Origin: Acutalibacteraceae bacterium
GTDB lineage: Bacteria > Bacillota > Clostridia > Oscillospirales > Acutalibacteraceae
Assembly (NCBI GenBank): GCA_045654045.1
Contig: JAZOMP010000070.1
Coordinates: forward strand, 1-42,922
Direction of reading: 5' to 3'
Length of the DNA stretch: 42,922 bases
In this document: piece by piece, positions 1-8,120 of the stretch
How positions within the stretch are numbered: the stretch's first letter is position 1
Layout: each line of letters begins with the position of its first letter
The notes under the pieces: generated by a model
What the model saw: the letters and a program-made list of their open reading frames with translations, nothing else
Database searches by the model: none
Told to the model about the DNA's origin: nothing
Made by a program: the position numbers and the translations under genes

Positions 1-115
1 ATCTGCCGAGAGTTCTGCCGAACTTTTTAAAGCCGTAAGGCTTAAGAAATTCGTAAACCTGTTTTTCTATTGCATCAACAGTTTGCACGAGGGTCAGCTT
101 ATTGTAACCGAACAT
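1..115 (-). CDS. hypothetical protein, N-terminal fragment (gene runs off the left edge)
   Basis: ATG at 115-113 lies 4 nt after the NUDIX stop (120-122) and the frame stays open to position 1. It translates MFGYNKLTLVQTVDAIEKQVYEFLKPYGFKKFGRTLGR. No family recognised. Not in the ORF track because it is truncated. Confidence 0.3.
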   Translation of the reverse strand, partial: MFGYNKLTLVQTVDAIEKQVYEFLKPYGFKKFGRTLGR

Positions 116-119
116 AAAA

Positions 120-665
120 TCACTTCGCTTTTCTTTCGATAAGTGCGGCTAATTTGAGGACGGCTGCCTGGGTTTTACCGTCCTTAATCTGGTTGGTGAG
201 TACCATATCGACCGCATCCGACAGCGGTATGTACTCAACGTTGAGGAACTCGTCCTCGTCGAGGTTCTGCCCTACGCTGACAAGGTCACGGGCGGCGTAG
301 AGGTAGATAATTTCGTTCGTATAGCCGGGTGTCGGATAGAATTCGCCAAGGCTAAAAAACTGACCCGCTTTTACTCCGCCCTCTTCTTCAAGCTCTCGCT
401 TGCCTGCTTCAAGCGGATTTTCGCCCTTCTCAAGCTTGCCGGCAGGAAGCTCCAGCACCTCTTCCATATACGGGTAACGGAACTGTCTGACGAAAATAAG
501 CTGCATATCGTCGGTAAGTGCGGCAACGGTTACACCGCCGTTGTGCTCGACAAATTCACGCACAGCCTCCTTGCCGTCGGGCAGACCTGCAATATCAACA
601 CGCAGGTTTATAATTTTACCCCTGTATATCGTGTTTTTAAATACGGTTTCTTCACGGGTTTCCAT
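120..665 (-). CDS. NUDIX hydrolase, ADP-ribose pyrophosphatase-like
   Basis: Nudix box GKLEKGENPLEAGKRELEEEGG. The track start at 707 is a TTG overlapping the upstream gene. ATG at 665 (METREE...) is preceded by GAGGAGG and sits 1 nt after the GT2 stop, so I use 665. Confidence 0.85.
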   Translation of the reverse strand: METREETVFKNTIYRGKIINLRVDIAGLPDGKEAVREFVEHNGGVTVAALTDDMQLIFVRQFRYPYMEEVLELPAGKLEKGENPLEAGKRELEEEGGVKAGQFFSLGEFYPTPGYTNEIIYLYAARDLVSVGQNLDEDEFLNVEYIPLSDAVDMVLTNQIKDGKTQAAVLKLAALIERKAK

Positions 666-666
666 T

Positions 667-1617
667 TTAGTTTTCCTCCTCAAAATTAAGTCTTTCCTCC
701 TCGACAACGAGGGGACGTTTCATAACACGGCTGTTGATATTCATAATGTATTCGCCAAGCAGACCGATAAAGAACATCTGAATCGAGCCCATAAGGAACA
801 CGCCGATAAGAATAGGCGTTGTGCCCGCAGGGAAACGGTACCAGTTGACGAGCTTTAAAATAAGATAAACAAAGGCAATTATAAAGCCTATAAGCGAAAA
901 CGCACCGCCTGCAAACACGGCAAGGCGCAGACCGATTTTCGTATAGGAAGTAAAGGAGAGCATAGCCGCATCGTAAAGGCTGTAAAAATTGTTGTGGGTT
1001 TTGCCTGCCCGACGCTGAGGCTGAGTGTACTCAATTTCCTTTCTTTCGGGTCCGAGTTCGGCAACAATACCGCGGATAAAGGGCTGAGGGTCATCAAGCT
1101 CACGAAGAGTCTTTACAAAGCTCTTATCGTAAAGACCGAAGCCGGTGAAATGCTCAATCTGCTCAACGTTGCTCATTTTCTTGATAGCCTTATAATAGAG
1201 CGAACGCAGAGCATACATTATTTTGCTTTCTTTGGACTGCGTTTTGACACCGATTACAACCTTGTAGCCGTTTTCCCATTCCTTTACGAATTGCGGAATA
1301 AGCTCGACGGGGTCCTGAAAATCGGCACAGATTGTGATACAGCAGTCGCCGCTTGTGTTGATAATTCCGTAATACGGGCTGTTGAACTGACCGAAATTGC
1401 GGCAGTTAAAAATAGCCCTTACCTTTTTATTTTCCTTACAGATTTCACGGATGATTTTTCTTGTATTATCCGTGGACTTATTGTCGATAAAGAGGATTTC
1501 GTAGTCATACTGCGGAAGGCTTGTTTCAAGCTCGTTTTTTACCGCCTCGTAAATCGGGCGTGCGTTTTCCTCTTCGTTGTAGCACGGAATCATTACGGAA
1601 ATTTTTTTCTTATCCAT
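667..1617 (-). CDS. GT2 polyprenyl-phosphate glycosyltransferase (GtrB/CsbB/ArnC/DPM1-like)
   Basis: N-terminal GT-A domain (VMIPCYNEEE, FIDNKSTDNT, CADFQDP as the DxD-type motif), RRAGKT motif, and two C-terminal TM helices followed by LGEYI...RP...VEE, which is typical of this subfamily. Confidence 0.85.
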   Translation of the reverse strand: MDKKKISVMIPCYNEEENARPIYEAVKNELETSLPQYDYEILFIDNKSTDNTRKIIREICKENKKVRAIFNCRNFGQFNSPYYGIINTSGDCCITICADFQDPVELIPQFVKEWENGYKVVIGVKTQSKESKIMYALRSLYYKAIKKMSNVEQIEHFTGFGLYDKSFVKTLRELDDPQPFIRGIVAELGPERKEIEYTQPQRRAGKTHNNFYSLYDAAMLSFTSYTKIGLRLAVFAGGAFSLIGFIIAFVYLILKLVNWYRFPAGTTPILIGVFLMGSIQMFFIGLLGEYIMNINSRVMKRPLVVEEERLNFEEEN

Positions 1618-2527
1618 TGCCCCTTACTTCCTTTAACCAATTTATAGTGCGCTTTATTCCTTCCTCATAGCTGATTTCCGGCACAAATCCCGTATCAGCA
1701 ATAAGCGAAGAAATATCCGCACAAAGGTACATAACCTGATTTTCGTTATACGGCACAGCGCCCAATTTAATTTCGCCGCCCGCATATTTCTGCATAATTT
1801 CAATATATTCTTTAAGCGGTCTTGCTTCACCGCTGCCGAGAGTATAGACAGCACCGTTTTTACCGTTCAGGGCTGAAAGGTAAAAGGCATTTGCGGCATC
1901 GTCGCAGTAAAGAAAATCCCACAGCTGTCCGGCAGGAGTGAACTCTGCCATTTCTCCGTTAAGCAGTTTTTTGAGCGATGAAACGGTGATTGTAAAGCCG
2001 TTATCACCCACACCGTAAACGCTTAAAACGCGAAGCCAGATATGCTTTATGCCGTAGCTTTTTGCAAGTTTACAGGATTTTTCGCCTGCCAGCAATTTTG
2101 CCTTACCATATTCATTTTCGGGGTTGCAGGGTGTATCAGGTGTCAGCTTCCCCTCTGCCCTTCCGTATTCCGCCTGCGAACCTGCACCAACAAAGGTTTT
2201 GCAGTTCAACGCTTTTGCAAGCTCAACCGCATCAAGCGTATATTGAACGTTTTTTTGCTGAATATCGGCATCGTTTCTCATTGTGCCGCCCGTACCGCTC
2301 CAGGCAAAGTGAAACAGCACGTCGCACTCACAGCCGATTTTATTTTTGGCAGACAGCATATCGGAAATATCTGCTTCAATAATATGAACGCTGTCATTTT
2401 TTATTATATTGTCAAGCTTTTCTGAATTCGGTCTGACGAGAGCAAACACCTCGCGACCCTCTGACACAAGCAGACGAATCAGAGCAGATGCTATCATACT
2501 GCTTGCACCCGTTACAACCGCTCTCAT
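1610..2527 (-). CDS. NAD(P)-dependent sugar reductase/epimerase (extended SDR); candidate terminal CDP-3,6-dideoxyhexose 4-reductase (paratose/abequose synthase-like)
   Basis: N-terminal Rossmann VVTGASSMIASAL and YxxxK (EYGKAKL). About 300 aa. Translationally coupled (ATGA overlap) to rfbH. The specific function is inferred from context. Confidence 0.65.
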   Translation of the reverse strand: MRAVVTGASSMIASALIRLLVSEGREVFALVRPNSEKLDNIIKNDSVHIIEADISDMLSAKNKIGCECDVLFHFAWSGTGGTMRNDADIQQKNVQYTLDAVELAKALNCKTFVGAGSQAEYGRAEGKLTPDTPCNPENEYGKAKLLAGEKSCKLAKSYGIKHIWLRVLSVYGVGDNGFTITVSSLKKLLNGEMAEFTPAGQLWDFLYCDDAANAFYLSALNGKNGAVYTLGSGEARPLKEYIEIMQKYAGGEIKLGAVPYNENQVMYLCADISSLIADTGFVPEISYEEGIKRTINWLKEVRGNG

Positions 2528-3867
2528 AAATTAACAGCCTCGATTATTGTTTTTGCCATATAGTCTATCATTTCGTCGGTCATACCGGGATAAACACCTA
2601 CCCAGAAGGTGTCATTCATAATTCGGTCGGTGTTTTTAAGGCTTCCGACTATGCGGTAGCCCTCACCGCTCACCCTCATTTCGTCAAAGCATGGGTGCTT
2701 TGTGAGGTTGCCAGCAAAGAGCATACGGGTCTGCACGCCCTTGCTTTCGATAAAGGGCACAACATTTTTACGGTCAACACCATCCTTACAGGTGAGCAGG
2801 AAGCCGAACCAGCTAGGGTCGGAATTTTCACACGCAACCGGCAGAATAAGCTTATCCGCAACACATTCGAGCGCTTTGCGAAGACGTGCAAAATTGTGCT
2901 TTCTTCTTTCGACAAAGGACGGGAATTTTTCAAGCTGTGCACAGCCGACAGCCGCCTGCAAATCGGTAGCTTTGAGATTATAGCCGAAATGGGAGTATAC
3001 GTATTTATGGTCGTAGCCGTATGGCAGTTCACCGTACTGACCGTCAAAACGGTGACCGCACAGGTTATCCTGACCCGAGGCACAGGAGCAGTCACGCCCC
3101 CAGTCACGCATTGAGTGCATAATTTTTGAAAGCAAGGGGTTATCGGTATAGACCGCGCCGCCCTCGCCCATAGTCATATGGTGCGGCGGATAGAAGCTGG
3201 AGGTACCGAGGTCACCGAAGGTGCCCGTAAAGCCCTCCTTACCGTCAAGGGTGTATTTTGAACCGAGTGCATCGCAGTTATCCTCAATCAGCCACAGATT
3301 GTGCCTGTCACAAAAATCCTTTACCGCCTTGATATCAAAGGGATTGCCGAGGGTGTGAGCTATCATTACAGCCTTGGTTTTTTCACTTAAAGCTTCTTCC
3401 AGTTTTGTTACATCTATATTGTACTGCGGAATTGTTACGTCCACAAAAACAGGTACTGCACCGAACTGAATTACGGGCGTAACCGTTGTCGGGAAGCCTG
3501 CCGCAACGGTGATAACCTCGTCCCCTCTTTTAACCGCTCTTTCGCCGAGCAAGGGCGAAGTGAGAGTCATAAAAGCGAGCAGGTTTGCACTTGAGCCCGA
3601 ATTTACAAGAGCACAGAAGCGTACACCGAGATAGTTTGCAAGCCCCTTTTCAAACTGCGTGGTATATCTGCCTGCGGTAAGCCAGAATTCAAGAGCGGAA
3701 TCGACGAGATTTACCATTTCATCACTATCGTAAACGCGGGACGCATAGGGTATTCTCTGCCCCTCTTCAAACGGCTTTTTGTTATTGTGCCAGGTTTCGC
3801 AATAATCCGCTACCGCCTTTAATATTTCTTCTCTTGCTGTTTTTTCGTCTTTCATATTTTTCCTCAC
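2524..3867 (-). CDS. rfbH: CDP-4-keto-6-deoxy-D-glucose 3-dehydrase (E1, DegT-fold, PMP/[2Fe-2S])
   Basis: DegT/DnrJ fold (NSGSSANL). His replaces the Schiff-base Lys (SSFYPPHHMTMGEGG), which is diagnostic of E1/RfbH/DdhC. Cys-rich insert RDCSCASGQDNLCGH. About 440 aa. Confidence 0.85.
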   Translation of the reverse strand: MRKNMKDEKTAREEILKAVADYCETWHNNKKPFEEGQRIPYASRVYDSDEMVNLVDSALEFWLTAGRYTTQFEKGLANYLGVRFCALVNSGSSANLLAFMTLTSPLLGERAVKRGDEVITVAAGFPTTVTPVIQFGAVPVFVDVTIPQYNIDVTKLEEALSEKTKAVMIAHTLGNPFDIKAVKDFCDRHNLWLIEDNCDALGSKYTLDGKEGFTGTFGDLGTSSFYPPHHMTMGEGGAVYTDNPLLSKIMHSMRDWGRDCSCASGQDNLCGHRFDGQYGELPYGYDHKYVYSHFGYNLKATDLQAAVGCAQLEKFPSFVERRKHNFARLRKALECVADKLILPVACENSDPSWFGFLLTCKDGVDRKNVVPFIESKGVQTRMLFAGNLTKHPCFDEMRVSGEGYRIVGSLKNTDRIMNDTFWVGVYPGMTDEMIDYMAKTIIEAVNL

Positions 3868-4901
3868 TTTTTGGTTTTACCCGAAATCGTAAAACGGACA
3901 AGTATTTTCGTTCTTATAAAATCCGCCAAATTCGGAGCGTAGCGTGACAGCCACAGATATCCTTTTACCATTAAAGAAGCGGAAAGCTGCTTTCTGTCAC
4001 GGGACATATAATATGAGTGTATTTTTTCGAGTTTTATTTTATCGGGCTGTTGCTTTATCATCGAGATAGCCATAGCCTTTATTTCTTTTTTCACGTCTTC
4101 AATATCAACGGGCTCAGGATTCCAGTCGATTTTATCGTATTCATCAGGAGTATAAAGGTGAAGGTATCGGTCAATCCAGCCGTAGCGCTCGTCAAAACGG
4201 TCACGCACTAAAATTACGGGTATGCCCATAGCCATACAGGGTGAAGCACAGTGAAGCCGCGAGGTAATAACAAGAGATGCTTCGTTATAATATCTTTCGT
4301 AAACCCTTCGTGTTGCCGCCTCACATTCCTTTGTGAGTGTTTCAACGCTCTGTGCATCGTTCACCGTTATTTCGTGGGTAACGTATTCGGCGTTTTTCTT
4401 TATTTCTTCAGGTATATATTCATCAATTGACGGGTGTGCATCTACTATAAACACCTTGCCGTTTCCAGGGGGCTTTTCACGCTTGGGAAAAAGCACGGTC
4501 ATACAGCCCGTAAGGTATGCATCAACCCCAAGATTTTTTACTGCCTGATAGGTTGCCTCATCACGGCAACCGATTTTGCCTGCGCTTTTCCAGAAAGAGC
4601 TGTGCTTGAGATATTCTTTTGAGGTAGTATAAAGACCTAAAAAAACGGGTGTTATATCCTCGGACAACGGGAAGGACGGGTATTCACGGTTATAATAAAA
4701 ATATCCGTTCAGGGGCAGAATCACCTTTTCGCCCTTGTAACTTGCAAGGGACTGAAACGGAATATCGACCGTTTTCTCTTTGCTTATTCCCATTTCTCTG
4801 TACAGTAAATCTATTGCAAGCGTCTGCACAAAATCGCCGACGTTGCACACGGTTGACGATGAAACAAATTCCCTTGAAAAAACAAGACGGCCGTATTTCA
4901 T
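3864..4901 (-). CDS. polysaccharide pyruvyl transferase family protein
   Basis: C-terminal motif ITSRLHCASPCMAMGIPVILV resembles CsaB/WcaK-type pyruvyl transferases. Sits inside the glycan operon. No TM segment or signal peptide. Confidence 0.65.
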   Translation of the reverse strand: MKYGRLVFSREFVSSSTVCNVGDFVQTLAIDLLYREMGISKEKTVDIPFQSLASYKGEKVILPLNGYFYYNREYPSFPLSEDITPVFLGLYTTSKEYLKHSSFWKSAGKIGCRDEATYQAVKNLGVDAYLTGCMTVLFPKREKPPGNGKVFIVDAHPSIDEYIPEEIKKNAEYVTHEITVNDAQSVETLTKECEAATRRVYERYYNEASLVITSRLHCASPCMAMGIPVILVRDRFDERYGWIDRYLHLYTPDEYDKIDWNPEPVDIEDVKKEIKAMAISMIKQQPDKIKLEKIHSYYMSRDRKQLSASLMVKGYLWLSRYAPNLADFIRTKILVRFTISGKTKK

Positions 4902-4903
4902 TT

Positions 4904-6115
4904 TTATACCTTCGCCTCCGTTTTTTCTTTTTTAATAAGTATAGCCAGACCTGCGCCTACAGTAAACACAAGGCGCAGAGTGTTTGCAACAAGGCTTGCC
5001 GTTACAAAGCCCTGCAGACCACCTGAATTTGTAAACGATATGCTCAGAACAAGGAAAAGTGCCGCATAGACAAGCTGAATTGCAAGCTGCCACCTTTCGC
5101 TGCAGAAGGTGAGCATAATCGTAAGCAGAAGGCTTGAAGCAAAGCAGATAATCTGCGATAAATTAGCAAGCGTTGAAACTGACAGGACATCAGAATAAAT
5201 ATCGGGATACAGCAGTTTTACAAACACAGGCATAACTATACTTATTCCTGCAAAAAGCACCGCACCGACAAGGAGTACGGCAAGCGAAACAATAGAAAAG
5301 CTCTTTTTTGTTATCGGCTTTGTTTTGCCCTTTGTAAGGTGACCTATTACAACGCCGTTGAGCGGACCGACAAGAAGCGCCGCCGTTTTGCCCAGCAGGG
5401 ATGCAACATAGTAAACCGTAACAGTTGACGAATCAATAAGGTGTTGCAAAAGCACCCTGTCAAGGTTGAGCACCATATTCACAAGCAGATACGAAGCCGC
5501 AAGCGTAAACACTTTTTTGCTGACGGAAAAGGTGTTTTCCGATTTTTTGAGGGGCTTATATATGTGCCCTTTGACCACAAGCAGAAGCCATACTGCCGCT
5601 TCGCCGAGAAGGAAGCACAGCATCCAGCTTTTTGTAAGCGGATAAAGCAAAGCACCGATAATATAGCCCAGGGACAAGACAAGGTAATAGACAAAATAGC
5701 CCTTGTAATTGAGCGTCATACGGTATTCAACGTCACCGTAATAGCGCAGGGTTGTGAGCACTATCAGAAGCGCCGCAAAAGCATAATCTGAAACTGACGA
5801 AAAATAGCCGTTGCAGACTGCAAAAAATATTACACCCGAAACGGCAAGCAATGGCAGTATTGCAAGGAGCAAATCGCCGTTTAAAACTCTTTTTTCTCTG
5901 CTTTCAACAAGGCGTATGTTATTTGCCGCAAGGCCGACGGAAGGCGCAAAAACCGCCACGATACCGAGCACGTAAAGCACGTTTCCGAATTCTGCTTCGC
6001 CAAGCTGACGGTTGAGAAGCGGATAAACAAAAAGCTGAAGCACGCCGTTCATTGTTACCAACGCGGCGATGCTCCATATAAAATCCGTTGCAAATTTTTT
6101 CTGCATTTTCTGCAT
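4904..6115 (-). CDS. polytopic membrane protein, MOP/Wzx-type oligosaccharide flippase-like
   Basis: 403 aa with about 10-12 hydrophobic helices. The N-terminal pattern (VLQLFVYPLLNRQLGEAEFGNVLY) is typical of Polysacc_synt flippases. Operon context supports it. Confidence 0.6.
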   Translation of the reverse strand: MQKMQKKFATDFIWSIAALVTMNGVLQLFVYPLLNRQLGEAEFGNVLYVLGIVAVFAPSVGLAANNIRLVESREKRVLNGDLLLAILPLLAVSGVIFFAVCNGYFSSVSDYAFAALLIVLTTLRYYGDVEYRMTLNYKGYFVYYLVLSLGYIIGALLYPLTKSWMLCFLLGEAAVWLLLVVKGHIYKPLKKSENTFSVSKKVFTLAASYLLVNMVLNLDRVLLQHLIDSSTVTVYYVASLLGKTAALLVGPLNGVVIGHLTKGKTKPITKKSFSIVSLAVLLVGAVLFAGISIVMPVFVKLLYPDIYSDVLSVSTLANLSQIICFASSLLLTIMLTFCSERWQLAIQLVYAALFLVLSISFTNSGGLQGFVTASLVANTLRLVFTVGAGLAILIKKEKTEAKV

Positions 6116-6122
6116 AAAACGT

Positions 6123-7175
6123 TTATCCTTTAAAAAACTCGTTTATCTGTTCGTCGAGCTTAAGTTTACAGTCACCGCCCGAAGCCCACACCTTAGTCCA
6201 CTCAACCGTTTTTTCAACCGCAGTTTTTGCGTTCCATTTAGGACTCCAGCCGAAAACGGTTTTTATTTTTGTACAGTCGAGCTTTAGGAAATTGGCCTCG
6301 TGAGGGCCTTCTTTATTAAGTACGGTATAGCCTTGTGAGTTGCCCCAGCTTTCGCAGAAGCACTCGGCAAGCTCGCCCGTTGTTAGGCAGTCGCTTTCAT
6401 TTGGGCCAACATTATAATAACCTGAAAGCTTAATATCGTTGTACTGTGCTTCGGCTATCATAAGGTAAACGTAAAGAGGCTCCAGCACGTGCTGGTAGGG
6501 TCGCACGGAATTGGGATTGCGAAGGGCAATTGCCTCACCCTTTACAGCCGCACGCACACAGTCGGGTATAATGCGGTTGTCCGCAAAATCTCCGCCGCCG
6601 ATAACGTTGCCTGCCCTTGCGGTTGAAACAGCAACACCCGCCTTATCGAAAAACGAGCGCTTATAGCTATGTGTCACCAGCTCCGAGCAGGATTTTGAGT
6701 TTGAATACGGGTCAAAGCCGTCAAGCGGCTGACCCTCTTTCATTGGTGTGCCGCTTTCGTTGTTTTCATAAACCTTGTCCGTTGTAACGTTGAGCACAGA
6801 TTTAACGCTTTCACAAAGCCTTACGCACTCAAGCACGTTAACCGTACCTAAAACGTTAGTTTCATAGGTATATTTCGGCTGCTCGTAAGAGGTTAAAACA
6901 ATAGGCTGTGCGGCAAGGTGAAAGACTATTTCGGGCTGAAACTCTTCAAAAACAGCCTTCAGCTTATCAAAATCGCGTATATCACCGATAACGGAATTCA
7001 TACCCTCTGCGATATCTGCCGCTTCAAAAAGGCTCGGCGAAGTCGGCGCTTCAAGGGCATAGCCCGTAACAACAGCACCCGCATTTACAAGAATACGGCT
7101 AAGCCAAGCTCCCTTGAATCCTGTGTGACCCGTTACAAGCACGCGTTTATTTTCATAAAAAGACAAGTCAAACAT
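6123..7175 (-). CDS. rfbG: CDP-glucose 4,6-dehydratase
   Basis: VLVTGHTGFKGAWL Rossmann, YSNSK catalytic YxxxK, about 350 aa, immediately downstream of rfbF. Confidence 0.9.
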   Translation of the reverse strand: MFDLSFYENKRVLVTGHTGFKGAWLSRILVNAGAVVTGYALEAPTSPSLFEAADIAEGMNSVIGDIRDFDKLKAVFEEFQPEIVFHLAAQPIVLTSYEQPKYTYETNVLGTVNVLECVRLCESVKSVLNVTTDKVYENNESGTPMKEGQPLDGFDPYSNSKSCSELVTHSYKRSFFDKAGVAVSTARAGNVIGGGDFADNRIIPDCVRAAVKGEAIALRNPNSVRPYQHVLEPLYVYLMIAEAQYNDIKLSGYYNVGPNESDCLTTGELAECFCESWGNSQGYTVLNKEGPHEANFLKLDCTKIKTVFGWSPKWNAKTAVEKTVEWTKVWASGGDCKLKLDEQINEFFKG

Positions 7176-7180
7176 TTATA

Positions 7181-7954
7181 TCACCACAGTTTCCACGGAG
7201 CGGAATTTTCCGCCCAGAGCTTTTCAAGAAGCTGTTTATCACGCATAGTATCCATACATTGCCAGAAGCCGTCGTGCTTATAGGCGCCGAGCTGACCTGT
7301 TTTTGCCGCCTGCTCAAGCGGATATTTTTCGAATACGGTGTTGTCGCCCTCAATCAAATCAAAAATCGAAGGCTCAAGCACCATATATCCGCCGTTGATA
7401 AAGCCTGAATCCTGTGTGGTTTTCTCGCGGAATTCGCTGACGGCATCGGTTGAATCAATATCAATTACACCGAAACGCTGGTTGAGCTGTATTGCGGTGA
7501 GCGTAGCCATTCTGCCGCTTGCCTTGTGAAACTCAACAAGCTTGTTTATATCAACGTCGGCAACTCCGTCACCGTAGGTAAGCATAAAGGTCTCATCCCC
7601 GATATACTTCTGCACACGCTTTACTCTGCCGCCAGTCATTGTGTTAAGACCCGTATCAACCAGCGTTACCTTCCACGGCTCGGAAAAGTTGTTGTGCACC
7701 GTCATTTCGCCGCCGGCTGAAAAATCGAAGGTAACGTCGCTTCTGTGCAGGTAATAGTCCGCAAAAAACTCTTTTATGGAGTGCTGCATATAGCCGCAGC
7801 AGATTATAAACTCATTAAAGCCGAAGTGAGAATAGGTTTTCATTATGTGCCATAAAATGGGCATACCGCCGATTTCAATCATCGGCTTGGGCTTGAGGTG
7901 ACTTTCCTCGCTGATACGCGTGCCGAAGCCGCCCGCAAGAATTACAACCTTCAT
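7181..7954 (-). CDS. rfbF: glucose-1-phosphate cytidylyltransferase
   Basis: MKVVILAGGFGTRISEES...KPKPMIEIGGMPILWHIM, 257 aa, canonical RfbF/DdhA N-terminus. Confidence 0.92.
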   Translation of the reverse strand: MKVVILAGGFGTRISEESHLKPKPMIEIGGMPILWHIMKTYSHFGFNEFIICCGYMQHSIKEFFADYYLHRSDVTFDFSAGGEMTVHNNFSEPWKVTLVDTGLNTMTGGRVKRVQKYIGDETFMLTYGDGVADVDINKLVEFHKASGRMATLTAIQLNQRFGVIDIDSTDAVSEFREKTTQDSGFINGGYMVLEPSIFDLIEGDNTVFEKYPLEQAAKTGQLGAYKHDGFWQCMDTMRDKQLLEKLWAENSAPWKLW

Positions 7955-7993
7955 TTAAACACTTCCCCTTTTAAATTAAATATAAGTAGTATA

Positions 7994-8022
7994 ATTATAT
8001 CATTATAGTTTTACCATTACAA
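7994..8022 (-). promoter_or_regulatory. candidate sigma-A promoter of the rfbF operon
   Basis: Minus strand TTGTAA(8022-8017)-17 nt-TATAAT(7999-7994). GGGGAAG RBS before ATG at 7954. Confidence 0.5.
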
Positions 8023-8047
8023 GTGGAAAATACAGAATATCTTTTAG

Positions 8048-8076
8048 TTGACTTTTCTTATCTGCAAATTTATAAT
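8048..8076 (+). promoter_or_regulatory. candidate sigma-A promoter of thyX
   Basis: TTGACT(8048-8053)-17 nt-TATAAT(8071-8076). GGAGGG RBS at about 8108. Confidence 0.6.
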
Positions 8077-8120
8077 ATAATTACTTATGATTTAAAATAC
8101 TCACTCGGAGGGAAAAGAAA

